Origin: Eledone cirrhosa
Taxonomy: Eukaryota
NCBI GenBank assembly: GCA_964016885.1
Contig: OZ024743.1
Coordinates: 131,812,001-131,876,000, forward strand
Reading direction: 5' to 3'
DNA length: 64,000 nt
Shown piece after piece: positions 11,901 to 24,500 of this stretch (position 1 is its first letter; every line of letters starts with the position of its first letter). The position numbers were made by a program, and so were the translations under genes. The notes beneath the pieces were generated by a model. The model saw only the letters and a list, made by a program, of their open reading frames with translations, was not told where the DNA came from and made no database searches.

Positions 11901-14900
11901 TTGGTGCTTGGTGCTTGGTGCTTGGTGTTTGGTGCTTGGTGCTTGGTGCTTGGTTATTAGTGTTTGGTGCTTGGTGCTTGGGGTTTGGTGCTTGGTGCTT
12001 GGTGCTTGGTTATTAATGTTTGGTGCTTGGTGCTTGGGGTTTGGTGTTTGGTGCTTGGTGCTTGGTGTTTGGTGTTTGCTGTATGGTGTTTGCTGTTTCG
12101 TGTTTGGTGTTTGCTGTTTGGTGTTTAATGCTTGGTGCTTGGTGCTTGGTGTTTGGTGCTTGGTGCTTGGTGCTTGGTGTTTGGCGTTTGCTCTTTGCTG
12201 TTTGGTGTTTGGTGCTTGCTGTTTGGTGTTTGGTGTTTGGTGTTTGGTGTTTGGTGCTTGCTGTTTGGTGCTTGGTGCTTGGTGCTGGGTGTTTGGTGCT
12301 TGGTGCTGGGTGTTTGGTGCTTGGTGCTTGGTGTTTGGTCCTTGGTGCTTGGTGCTTGGTCTTTGGTGCTTGGGGTTTGGTGTTTGGTGCTTGGTGCTCG
12401 GTGTTTGGTGCTTGGTGCTTGGTGCTTGGTGTTTGGTGTTTGGTGCTTGCTGCTTGGTGCTTGGTGTTTGGTGCTTGGTCCTTGGTGATTAGTGTTTGGT
12501 GCATGGTGCTTGGTGTTTGTTGTTTGGTGCTTGGTGCTTGGTGTTTGGTGCTTGGTGCTTGCTGTTTGGTGTTTGGTGTTTGGTGCTTGGTGCTTGGTGT
12601 TTGGTGCTTGGTGTTTGGTTCTTGGTGTATGTACTTGGTGCTTGGTGCTTGGTGTTTGGTGCTTGGTTCTTGGTGTTTGGTGCTTGGTGTTTGGTGCTTT
12701 GTGTTTGGTGCTTGGTGCTTGGTGTTTGGTACTTGGTGCTTGGTGATTAGTGTTTGGTGCATGGTGCTTGCTGTTTGGTGTTTGGTGTTTGGTGCTTGGT
12801 GCTTGGTCTTTGGTGTTTGGTGTTTGGTGTTTGGTGCTAGGTGCTTGGTGTTTGGTGCTTGGTGTTTGGTGCTTGGTGTTCGGTGCTTGGTGCTTGGTGC
12901 TTGGTACTTGGTGTTAGGTTTTTGGTGCTTGGGGCTTGGTGTTTGGTGTTTGGTGCTTGCTGTTTGGTGCTTGGTGCTTGGTGTTTGGTGTTTGGTGTTT
13001 GGTGCTTGGTGCTTGGTGTTTGGTGGTTGGTGCTTGGTGCTGGGTGTTTGGTGCTTGTTGCTTGGTGCTTGGTGCTTGGTGCTTGGTGCTTGGTGCTTGG
13101 TCTTTGGTGCTTGGTGTTTGGTGTTTGGTGCTTGGTGCTTGGTGTTTGGTGCTTGGGGCTTGGTGTTTGGTGCTTGGTGATTGCTGCTTGGTGTTTGGTG
13201 TTTGGTGCTTGGTGCTTGGTGCTTGGTGATTAGTGTTTGGTGCTTGGTGCTTGGTGCCCTGTGCTTGGTGCTTGGTGCTTGTTGTTTGGTGCTTGGTGCT
13301 TGGTGATTAGTGTTTGGTGCTTGGTGCTTGGTGCCTGGTGCTTGGTGCTTGTTGTTTGGTGCTTGGTGCTTGGTGATTAGTGTTTGGTGCCTGGTGCTTG
13401 GTGCTTGCTGTTTGGTGGTTGCTGTTTGGTGCTTGGTGTTTGGTGCTTGGTGCTTGGTGCTGGGTGGTTGGTGTTTGCTGCTTGGTGCTTGGTGTTTGGT
13501 GCTTGGTGCTTGGTGCTTGTTGTTTGGTGCTTGGTGCTTGGTCTTTGGTGCTTGGTGCTTGGTGTTTGGTGTTTGGTGTTTGGTGTTTCGTGCTTGGTGT
13601 CTAGTGTTTGGGTTTTGGTGTTTGGCGCTTGGTGCTTAGTGTTTGGTGTTTGGTGCTTGGTGCTTGGTGTTTGGTGTTTGGTGCTTGGTGTTTGGTGCTG
13701 GGTGCTTTGTGCTTGGTGTTTGGTGCTGGGTGTATGGTGTTTGGTGCTTGGTGCTTGGTGCTTGGTGTTTGGTGTTTGGTGCTTGGTACTTGGTGTTTGG
13801 TGTTTGATGCTTGGTGTTTGATGCTTGTTGCTTGGTGCTTGGTGTTTTGTGTTTGGTGTTTGGTGCTTGGTGTATGTACTTGGTGCTTGGTGCTTGGTGT
13901 TTGGTGCTTGGTTCTTGGTGTTTGGTGCTTGGTGCTTGGTGTTTGGTGCTTGGTGTTTGGTGTTTGGTGCTTGGTGTTTGGTACTTGGTGCTTGGTGCTT
14001 GGTGTTAAGTGTTTGGTGCTTGGTGCTTGGTGTTTGGTGCTTCGTGCTTGGTTCTTGGTGTTTGGTGCAAGGTTCTTGGTGTTTGGGGCTTGGTGCCTGG
14101 TGCTTTGTGTTTGGTGCTAGGTGCTTGGTGCTTGGTCTTTGGTGTTTGGTGCTTGGTGCTTGGTGCTTGGTGTTTGGTGCTTGGTGCTTGGTGCTTGGTT
14201 ATTAGTGTTTGGTGCTTGGTGCTTGGGGTTTGGTGCTTGGTGCTTGGTGCTTGGTTATTAATGTTTGGTGCTTGGTGCTTGGTGTTTGGTGTTTGGTGCT
14301 TGGTGCTTGGTGTTTGGTGTTTGCTGTATGGTGTTTGCTGTTTCGTGTTTGGTGTTTGCTGTTTGGTGTTTGGTGTTTGGTGTTTGGTGCTTGCTGTTTG
14401 GTGCTTGGTGCTTGGTGCTGGGTGTTTGGTGCTTGGTGCTGGGTGTTTGGTGCTTGGTGCTTGGTGTTTGGTCCTTGGTGCTTGGTGCTTGGTCTTTGGT
14501 GCTTGGGGTTTGGTGTTTGGTGCTTGGTGCTCGGTGTTTGGTGCTTGGTGCTTGGTGCTTGGTGTTTGGTGTTTGGTGCTTGCTGCTTGGTGCTTGGTGT
14601 TTGGTGCTTGGTCCTTGGTGATTAGTGTTTGGTGCATGGTGCTTGGTGTTTGTTGTTTGGTGCTTGGTGCTTGGTGTTTGGTGCTTGGTGCTTGCTGTTT
14701 GGTGTTTGGTGTTTGGTGCTTGGTGCTTGGTGTTTGGTGCTTGGTGTTTGGTTCTTGGTGTATGTACTTGGTGCTTGGTGCTTGGTGTTTGGTGCTTGGT
14801 TCTTGGTGTTTGGTGCTTGGTGCTTTGTGTTTGGTGCTTGGTGCTTGGTGTTTGGTACTTGGTGCTTGGTGATTAGTGTTTGGTGCATGGTGCTTGGTGT

Positions 14901-14940
14901 TTGTTGTTTGGTGCTTGGTGCTTGGTGATTGGTGCTTGGT
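8940..14940 (+). repeat. About 2.7 tandem copies of a ~2.2-kb higher-order unit (offsets 2140, 2175, 2245)
   Basis: ORF series 8995/11135/13380, 9426/11566/13811, 10317/12492 and 10666/12841. The offsets differ by multiples of 7 (35, 70). Confidence 0.88.
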
Positions 14941-17900
14941 GCTTGCTGTTTGGTGTTTGGTGTTTGGTGCTTGGTGCTTGGTGTTTGGTGCTTGGTGTTT
15001 GGTTCTTGGTGTATGTACTTGGTGCTTGGTGCTTGGTGTTTGGTGCTTGGTTCTTGGTGTTTGGTGCTTGGTGTTTGGTGTTTGGTGCTTGGTGTTTGGT
15101 GCTTGGTGCTTGGTGCTTGGTGTTAAGTGTTTGGTGCATGGTGCTTGGTGTTTGGTGCTTCGTGCTTGGTGCTTGGTGTTTGGTACATGGTGCTTGATGT
15201 TTGGGGCTTGGTGCCTGGTGCTTGGTGTTTGGTGCTTGGTGCTTGGTGCTTGGTGTTTGGTGTTTGGTGCTTGGTGCTTGGTGTTTGGTGCTTGGTGTTT
15301 GGTGCTTGGTGTTCGGTGCTTGGTGCTTGGTGCTTGGTACTTGGTGTTAGGTTTTTGGTGCTTGGGGCTTGGTGTTTGGTGTTTGGTGCTTGGTGCTTGG
15401 TGTTTGGTGTTTGGTGCTTGGTGTTTGGTGCTTGGTGCTTTGTGCTTGGTGTTTGGTGCTGGGTGTATGGTGTTTGGTGCTTGGTGCTTGGTGCTTGGTG
15501 TTTGGTGTTTGGTGCTTGGTACTTGGTGTTTGGTGTTTGATGCTTGGTGTTTGAGGCTTGTTGCTTGGTGCTTGGTGTTTTGTGTTTGGTGTTTGGTGCT
15601 TGGTGTTTGGTGCTTGGTGCTTGGTGTTTGGTGCTTGGTGTTTGGTGTTTGGTGCTTGGTGTTTGTTACTTGGTGCTTGGTGCTTGGTGTTAAGTGTTTG
15701 GTGCTTGGTGCTTGGTGTTTGGTGCTTCGTGCTTGGTGCTTGGTGTCTGGTGCATGGTGCTTGGTGTTTGAGGCTTGGTGCCTGGTGCTTTGTGTTTGGT
15801 GCTAGGTGCTTGGTGCTTGGTCTTTGGTGTTTGGTGTTGGTGCTTGGTGCTTGGTGTTTGGTGCTTGGTGATTGGTGCTTGGTGCTTGGTTATTAGTGTT
15901 TGGTGCTTGGTGCTTGTGGTTTGGTGTTTGGTGCTTGGTGCTTGGTGTTTGGTGTTTGCTGTATGGTGTTTGCTGTTTCGTGTCTGGTGTTTGCTGTTTG
16001 GTGTTTAATGCTTGGTGCATGGTGTTTGGTGTTTGGCGTTTGGTGTTTGGTGTTTGGTGCTTGCTGTTTGGTGCTTGGTGCTTGGTGTTTGGTGTTTGGT
16101 GTTTGGTGCTTGGTGCTTGGTGTTTGGTGCTTGGTGCTTGGTGCTGGGTGTTTGGTGCTTGGTGCTTGGTGTTTGGTGCTTGGTGCTTGATGCTTGGTGC
16201 TTGGTGTTTGTTGTTTGGTGCTTGGTGCTTGGTGTTTGGTGCTTGGTGCTTGCTGTTTGGTGTTTGGTGTTTGGTGCTTGGTGCTTGGTCTTTGGTGTTT
16301 GGTGTTTGGTGTTTGGTGCTAGGTGCTTGGTGTTTGGTGCTTGGTGTTTGGTGCTTGGTGTTCGGTGCTTGGTGCTTGGTGCTTGGTACTTGGTGTTAGG
16401 TTTTTGGTGCTTGGGGCTTGGTGTTTGGTGTTTGGTGCTTGGTGCTTGGTATTTGGTGTTTGGTGCTTGGTGTTTGGTGTTTGGTGCTTTGTGCTTGGTG
16501 TTTGGTGCTGGGTGTATGGTGTTTGGTGCTTGGTGCTTGGTGCTTGGTGTTTGGTGTTTGGTGCTTGGTACTTGGTGTTTGGTGTTTGATGCTTGGTGTT
16601 TGATGCTTGTTGCTTGGTGCTTGGTGTTTTGAGTTTGGTGTTTGGTGCTTGGTGTATGTACTTGGTGCTTGGTGCTTGGTGATTGGTGCTTGGTTCTTGG
16701 TGTTTGGTGCTTGGTGCTTGGTGCTTGGTGTTTGGTGCTTGGTGCTTGGTGTTTGGTGCTTGGTGTTTGGTGTTTGGTGCTTGGTGTTTGGTACTTGGTG
16801 CTTGGTGCTTGGTTTTAAGTGTTTAGTGCTTGGTGCTTGGTGTTTGGTGCTTCGTGCTTGGTGCTTGGTGTTTGGTGCATGGTGCTTGGTGTTTGGGGCT
16901 TGGTGCCTGGTGCTTTGTGTTTGGTGCTAGGAGCTTGGTGCTTGGTCTTTGGTGCTTGGTGCTTGGTGCTTGGTGCTTGGTGTTTGGTGCTTGGTGCTTG
17001 GTGCTTGGTTATTAGTGTTTGGTGCTTGGTGCTTGGGGTTTGGTGTTTGGTGCTTGGTGCTTGGTGTTTGGTGTTTGCTGTATGGTGTTTGCTGTTTGGT
17101 GTTTGGTGTTTGCTGTTTGGTGTTTAATGCTTTGTGCTTGGTGCTTGGTGTTTGGTGGTTGGTGCTTGGTGCTTGGTGTTTGGCGTTTGCTCTTTGCTGT
17201 TTGGTGTTTGGTGCTTGCTGTTTGGTGGTTGGTGTTTGGTGTTTGGTGTTTGGTGCTTGCTGTTTGGTGCTTGGTGCTTGGTGTTTGGTGTTTGGTGTTT
17301 GGTGCTTGGTGCTTGGTGTTTGGTGGTTGGTGCTTGGTGCTGGGTGTTTGGTGCTTGTTGCTTGGTGCTTGGTGCTTGGTGCTTGGTGCTTGGTGCTTGG
17401 TCTTTGGTGCTTGGTGTTTGGTGTTTGGTGCTTGGTGCTTGGTGTTTGGTGCTTGGGGCTTGGTGTTTGGTGCTTGGTGATTGCTGCTTGGTGTTTGGTG
17501 TTTGGTGCTTGGTGCTTGGTGCTTGGTGATTAGTGTTTGGTGCTTGGTGCTTGGTGCCTTGTGCTTGGTGCTTGGTGCTTGTTGTTTGGTGCTTGGTGAT
17601 TGGTGATTAGTGTTTGGTGCTTGGTGCTTGGTGCCTGGTGCTTGGTGCTTGTTGTTTGGTGCTTGGTGCTTGGTGATTAGTGTTTGGTGCCTGGTGCTTG
17701 GTGCTTGCTGTTTGGTGGTTGCTGTTTGGTGCTTGGTGTTTGGTGCTTGGTGCTTGGTGCTGGGTGGTTGGTGTTTGCTGCTTGGTGCTTGGTGTTTGGT
17801 GCTTGGTGCTTGGTGCTTGTTGTTTGGTGCTTGGTGCTTGGTCTTTGGTGCTTGGTGCTTGGTGTTTGGTGTTTGGTGTTTGGTGTTTCGTGCTTGGTGT

Positions 17901-20900
17901 CTAGTGTTTGGGTTTTGGTGTTTGGCGCTTGGTGCTTAGTGTTTGGTGTTTGGTGCTTGGTGCTTGGTGTTTGGTGTTTGGTGCTTGGTGTTTGGTGCTG
18001 GGTGCTTTGTGCTTGGTGTTTGGTGCTGGGTGTATGGTGTTTGGTGCTTGGTGCTTGGTGCTTGGTGTTTGGTGTTTGGTGCTTGGTACTTGGTGTTTGG
18101 TGTTTGATGCTTGGTGTTTGATGCTTGTTGCTTGGTGCTTGGTGTTTTGTGTTTGGTGTTTGGTGCTTGGTGTATGTACTTGGTGCTTGGTGCTTGGTGT
18201 TTGGTGCTTGGTTCTTGGTGTTTGGTGCTTGGTGCTTGGTGTTTGGTGCTTGGTGTTTGGTGTTTGGTGCTTGGTGTTTGGTACTTGGTGCTTGGTGCTT
18301 GGTGTTAAGTGTTTGGTGCTTGGTGCTTGGTGTTTGGTGCTTCGTGCTTGGTTCTTGGTGTTTGGTGCAAGGTGCTTGGTGTTTGGGGCTTGGTGCCTGG
18401 TGCTTTGTGTTTGGTGCTAGGTGCTTGGTGCTTGGTCTTTGGTGTTTGGTGCTTGGTGCTTGGTGCTTGGTGTTTGGTGCTTGGTGCTTGGTGCTTGGTT
18501 ATTAGTGTTTGGTGCTTGGTGCTTGGGGTTTGGTGTTTGGTGCTTCATGGTTGGTGTTTGGCGTTTGCTCTTTGTTGTTTGGTGTTTGGTGCTTGCTGTT
18601 TGGTGTTTGGTGTTTGGTGTTTGGTGTTTGGTGCTTGCTGTTTGGTGCTTGGTGCTTGTTGCTGGGTGTTTGGTGCTTGGTGCTTGATGCTTGGTGCTTG
18701 GTGTTTGGTCCTTGGGGCTTGGTGCTTGGTCTTTGGTGCTTGGGATTTGGTGTTTGGTGCATGGTGCTTGGTGCTTGGTGTTTGGTGTTTGGTGCTTGCT
18801 GCTTGGTGCTTGCTGTTTGGTGTTTGGTGTTTGGTGCTTGGTGCTTGGTGTTTGGTGCTTGGTGTTTGGTTCTGGGTGTATGTACTTGGTGCTTGGTGCT
18901 TGGTGTTTGGTGCTTGGTTCTTGGTGTTTGGTGCTTGGTGTTTGGTGCTTGGTGTTTGGTGCTTGGTGCTTGGTGTTTGGTACTTGGTGCTTGGTGTTTG
19001 GTGTTTGGTGCTTGGTGTTTGGTGCTTGGTGCTTGGTGCTTGGTGTTAAGTGTTTGGTGCATGGTGCTTGGTGTTTGGTGCTTCGTGCTTGGTGCTTGGT
19101 GTTTGGTGCATGGTGCTTGACGTTTGGGGCTTGGTGCCTGGTGCTTGGTGTTTGGTGCTTGGTGCTTGGTGCTTGGTGTTTGGTGTTTGGTGCTTGGTGC
19201 TTGGTGTTTGGTGCTTGGTGTTTGGTGATTGGTGTTCGGTGCTTGGTGGTTGGTGCTTGGTACTTGGTGTTAGGTTTTTGGTGCTTGGGGCTTGGTGTTT
19301 GGTGTTTGGTGCTTGGTGCTTGGTGTTTGGTGTTTGGTGCTTGGTGTTTGGTGCTTGGTGCTTTGTGCTTGGTGTTTGGTGCTGGGTGTATGGTGTTTGG
19401 TGCTTGGTGCTTGGTGCTTGGTGTTTGGTGTTTGGTGCTTGGTACTTGGTGTTTGGTGTTTGATGCTTGGTGTTTGATGCTTGTTGCTTGGTGCTTGGTG
19501 TTTTGTGTTTGGTGTTTGGTGCTTGGTGTTTGGTGCTTGGTGCTTGGTGTTTGGTGCTTGGTGTTTGGTGTTTGGTGCTTGGTGTTTGGTACTTGGTGCT
19601 TGGTGCTTGGTGTTAAGTGTTTGGTGCTTGGTGCTTGGTGTTTGGTGCTTCGTGCTTGGTGCTTGGTGTTTGGTGGATGGTGCTTGGTGTTTGAGGCTTG
19701 GTGCCTGGTGCTTTGTGTTTGGTGCTAGGTGCTTGGTGCTTGGTCTTTGGTGTTTGGTGTTGGTGCTTGGTGCTTGGTGTTTGGTGCTTGGTGATTGGTG
19801 CTTGGTGCTTGGTTATTAGTGTTTGGTGCTTGTTGCTTGGGGTTTGGTGTTTGGTGCTTGGTGCTTGGTGTTTGGTGTTTGCTGTATGGTGTTTGCTGTT
19901 TCGTGTTTGGTGTTTGCTGTTTGGTGTTTAATGCTTGGTGCTTGGTGCATGGTGTTTGGTGCTTGGTGCTTGGTGCTTGGTGTTTGGCGTTTGCTCTTTG
20001 CTGTTTGGTGTTTGGTGCTTGCTGTTTGGTGTTTGGTGTTTGGTGTTTGGTGTTTGGTGCTTGCTGTTTGGTGCTTGGTGCTTGGTGTTTGGTGTTTGGT
20101 GTTTGGTGCTTGGTGCTTGGTGTTTGGTGCTTGGTGCTTGGTGCTGGGTGTTTGGTGCTTGGTGCTTGGTGTTTGGTGCTTGGTGCTTGATGCTTGGTGC
20201 TTGGTGTTTGGTCCTTGGGGCTTGGTGCTTGGTCTTTGGTGCTTGGGATTTGGTGTTTGGTGCATGGTGCTCGGTGTTTGGTGCTTGGTGCGTGGTGCTT
20301 GGTGTTTGGTGTTTGGTGCTTGCTGCTTGGTGCTTGGTGTTTGGTGCTTGGTGCTTGGTGATTAGTGTTTGGTGCATGGTGCTTGGTGTTTGTTGTTTGG
20401 TGCTTGGTGCTTGGTGTTTGGTGCTTGGTGCTTGCTGTTTGGTGTTTGGTGTTTGGTGCTTGGTGCTTGGTCTTTGGTGTTTGGTGTTTGGTGTTTGGTG
20501 CTTGGTGCTTGGTGTTTGGTGCTTGGTGTTTGGTGCTTGGTGTATGTGCTTGGTGCTTGGTGCTTGGTGCTTGGTTCTTGGTGTTTGGTGCTTGGTGTTT
20601 GGTGCTTGGTGTTTGGTGCTTGGTGTTTGGTGTTTGGTGCTTGGTGTTTGGTGCTTGGTGCTTGGTGCTTGGTGTTAAGTGTTTGGTGCTTGGTGCTTGG
20701 TGTTTGGTGCTTCGTGCTTGGTGCTTAGTGTTTGGTGCATGGTGCTTGATGTTTGGGGCTTGGTGCCTGGTGCTTGGAGTTTGGTGCTTGGTGCTTGGTG
20801 CTTGGTGTTTGGTGTTTGGTGCTTGGTGCTTGGTGTTTGGTGCTTGGTGTTTGGTGCTTGGTGTTCGGTGCTTGGTGCTTGGTGCTTGGTACTTGGTGTT

Positions 20901-21549
20901 AGGTTTTTGGTGCTTGGGGCTTGGTGTTTGGTGTTTGGTGCTTGGTGCTTGGTGTTTGGTGTTTGGTGTTTGGTGTTTGGTGCTTGGTGCTTTGTGCTTG
21001 GTGTTTGGTGCTGGGTGTATGGTGTTTGGTGCTTGGTGCTTGGTGCTTGGTGTTTGGTGTTTGGTGCTTGGTACTTGGTGTTTGGTGTTTGATGCTTGGT
21101 GTTTGATGCTTGTTGATTGGTGCTTGGTGTTTTGTGTTTGGTGTTTGGTGATTGGTGTATGTACTTGGTGCTTGGTGCTTGGTGTTTGGTGCTTGGTTCT
21201 TGGTGTTTGGTGCTTGGTGCTTGGTGCTTGGTGTTTGGTGCTTGGTGCTTGGTGTTTGGTGCTTGGTGTTTGGTGTTTGGTGCTTGGTGTTTGGTACTTG
21301 GTGCTTGGTGCTTGGTGTTAAGTGTTTGGTGCTTGGTGCTTGGTGTTTGGTGCTTCGTGCTTGGTGCTTGGTGTTTGAGGCTTGGTGCCTGGTGCTTTGT
21401 GTTTGGTGCTAGGTGCTTGGTGCTTGGTCTTTGGTGTTTGGTGCTTGGTGCTTGGTGCTTGGTGTTTGGTGCTTGGTGCTTGGTGCTTGGTTATTAGTGT
21501 TTGGTGCTTGGTGCTTGGGGTTTGGTGTTTGGTGCTTGGTGCTTGGTGT

Positions 21550-24500
21550 TTGGTGTTTGCTGTATGGTGTTTGCTGTTTCGTGTTTGGTGTTTGCTGTTT
21601 GGTGTTTAATGCTTGGTGCTTGGTGCTTGGTGTTTGGTGCTTGGTGCTTGGTGCTTGGTGCTTGGCGTTTGCTCTTTGCTTTTTGGTGTTTGGTGCTTGC
21701 TGTTTGGTGTTTGGTGTTTGGTGTTTGGTGTTTGGTGTTTGGTGCTTGCTGTTTGGTGCTTGGTGCTTGGTGTTTGGTGTTTGGTGCTTGGTGCTTCGTG
21801 TTTGGTGCTTGGTGCTTGGTGCTGGGTGTTTGGTGCTTGTTGCTTGGTGTTTGGTGCTTGGTGCTTGATGTTTGGTGCTTGGTGTTTGGTCCTTGGTGCT
21901 TGGTGCTTGGTCTTTGGTGCTTGGGGTTTGGTTTTTGGTGCTTGGTGCTTGGTGTTTGGTGCTTGGTGCTTGGTGCTTGGTGTTTGGTGTTTGGTGCTTG
22001 CTGCTTGGTGCTTGGTGTTTGGTGCTTGGTGCTTGGTGATTAGTGTTTGTTGCATGGTGCTTGGTGTTTGTTGTTTGGTGCTTGGTGCTTGGTGTTTGGT
22101 GCTTGGTGCCTGCTGTTTGGTGTTTGGTGTTTGGTGCTTGGTGCTTGGTGTTTGGTGTTTGGTGTTTGGTGTTTGGTGTTTGGTGCTTGGTGCTTGGTGT
22201 TTGGTGCTTGGTATTTGGTGCTTGGTGTATGTACTTGGTGCTTCGTGCTTGGTGTTTGGTGCTTGGTTCTTGGTGTTTGGTGCTTGGTGCTTGGTGCTTG
22301 GTGTTTGGTGCTTGGTGCTTGGTGTTTGGTACTTGGTGCTTGGTGTTTGGTGTTTGGTGCTTGGTGTTTGGTGCTTTGTGCTTGGTGCTTGGTGTTAAGT
22401 GTTTGGTGCTTGGTGCTTGGTGTTTGGTGCTTCGTGCTTGGTGCTTGGTCTTTGGTGCTTGGTGCTTGGTGTTTGGTGCTTGGTGCTTGGTGTTTGGAAC
22501 TTGGTGCTTGGTGTTTGGTGTTTGGTGCTTGGTGTTTGGTGCTTGGTGCTTGGTGCTTGGTGTTAAGTGTTTGGTGCTTGGTGCTTGGTGTTTGGTGCTT
22601 CGTGCTTGGTGTTTGGTGTTTGGTGCTAGGTGCTTGGTGCTTGGTGTTTGGTGCTTGGTGCTTGGTGTTTGGTGCTTGGTGCTTGGGGCTTGGTGTTTGG
22701 TGCTTGCTGCTTGGTGTTTGGTGCTTGGTGCTTGGTGCTTGGTGTTTGGTGTTTGGTGTTTGGTGCTTGGTGTTTGGTGCTTGGTGCTTGGTGCTGGGTG
22801 GTTGATGTTTGGTGCTTGTTGCTTGGTGTTTGGTGCTTGGTGCTTGGTGCTTATTGTTTGGTGCTTGGTGCTTGGTGCTTGGTGCTTGGCCTTTGGTGCT
22901 TGGTGTTTGCTGTTTGGTGTCTGGTGTTTGTGCTTGGTGCTTGGTGCTTGGTGTTTGGTGCAAGGTGCTTGACGCTTGGCGTTTGGTGCTTGGTGCTTGG
23001 TGCTTGGTGATTAGTGTTTGGTGCTTGGTGCTTGGGGTTTGGTGTTTGGTATTTGCTGTTTGATGTTTGGTGTTTGGTGTTTGCTGTTTGGTGTTTGCTG
23101 TTTGGTGTTTGGTGCTTGGTGCTTGGTGCTTGGTGTTTCGTGCTTGGTGCTTGGTGCTTGGTGTTTGGCGTTTGCTGTTTGCTGTTTGGTGTTTGGTGTT
23201 TGCTGTTTGGTGTTTGCTGTTTGGTGTTTGGTGCTTGTTGCTTGGTGGCTGGTGTTTGGTGCTTGGTGTTTGGATTTTGGTGCTTGGTGCTTGGTGCCTG
23301 GTGTTTCGTGCTTGGTGCTTGGTGCTTGGTGTTTGGTGTTTGGTGCTTGGTGTTTGGTATTTGGTGCTTGGTGCTTGGTGCTTGGTGTTTGGTGCTTGGT
23401 GCTTGGTGCTTGGTGTTTGATGCTGCGTGCTTGGTGTTTGGTGTTTGGTGCTTGATGCTTGGTGTTTGTTGTTTGGAGCTTGGTGCCTGGTGCTTGTTGT
23501 TTGGTGCCTCGTGCTTGTTGTTTGGTGTTTGGTGCTTGGTGCTTGATGTTTGGTGCTTGGTGCTTGGTGCTTGGTGTTTGGTGCTTGGTGCTTGGTGTTT
23601 GGTGCTTTGTGCTTGGTGTTTGGTGCTTGGTGTTTGGTGCTTGGTGCTTGGTGCTTGGTGCTTGGTGTTAGGTGTTTGGTGCTTGGTGCTTGGTGTTTGA
23701 TGTTTGGTCCTTGGTGCTTGGTGTTTGGTGTTTGGTGCTTGGTGCTTGGTGTTTGGTGTTTGGTGCTTGCTGCTTGGTGCTTGGTGTTTTGTGTTTGGAG
23801 TTTGGTGTTTGGTGTTTGGTGCTTCGGTCTTGGTGCTTCGTGTTTGGTGCTTGGTGCTTGGTGTTTGGTGCTTGGTGCCTGGTGCTTGTTGTTTGGTGCT
23901 TGGTGCTTGGTGTTTGATGATTGGTGCTTGGTGTTTGGTGCTTGGTGCTTGGTGCTTGGTGCTTGGTGTTAGGTGTTTGGTGCTTGGTGCTTGGTGTTTG
24001 ATGTTTGGTCCTTGGTGCTTGGTGTTTGGTGTTTGGTGCTTCGTGCTTGGTGTTTGGTGTTTGGTGCTTGGTGCTTGGTGTTTGGTGCTTGCTGCTTGCT
24101 GCTTGGGTTTTGGTGCTTGGTGATTGGTGCTTGGTGTTTTGTGCTTGGTGCTAGGTGTTTGGTGTTTGGTGTTTGGTGCTTGGTGCTTGGTGCTTGGTGC
24201 TTGGTGCTTGGTGTTTGGTGCTGCGTGCTTGGTGTTTGGTGTCTGGAGTTTGGTGCTTGGTGCTTGGTGCCTGGTGTTTCGTGCTTGGTGCTTGGTGCTT
24301 GGTGTTTGGTGTTTGGTGCTTGGTGTTTGGTGTTTGGTACTTGGTGTTTGGTGCTTGGTGCCTGGTGCTTGGTGTTTGGTGCTTGGTGCTTGGTGTTTGG
24401 TGATTGGTGCTTGGTGTTTGGTGATTGGTGCTTGATGCTTGGTGCTTGGTGTTAGGTGTTTGGTGCTTGGTGCTTGGTGTTTGATGTTTGGTCCTTGGTG

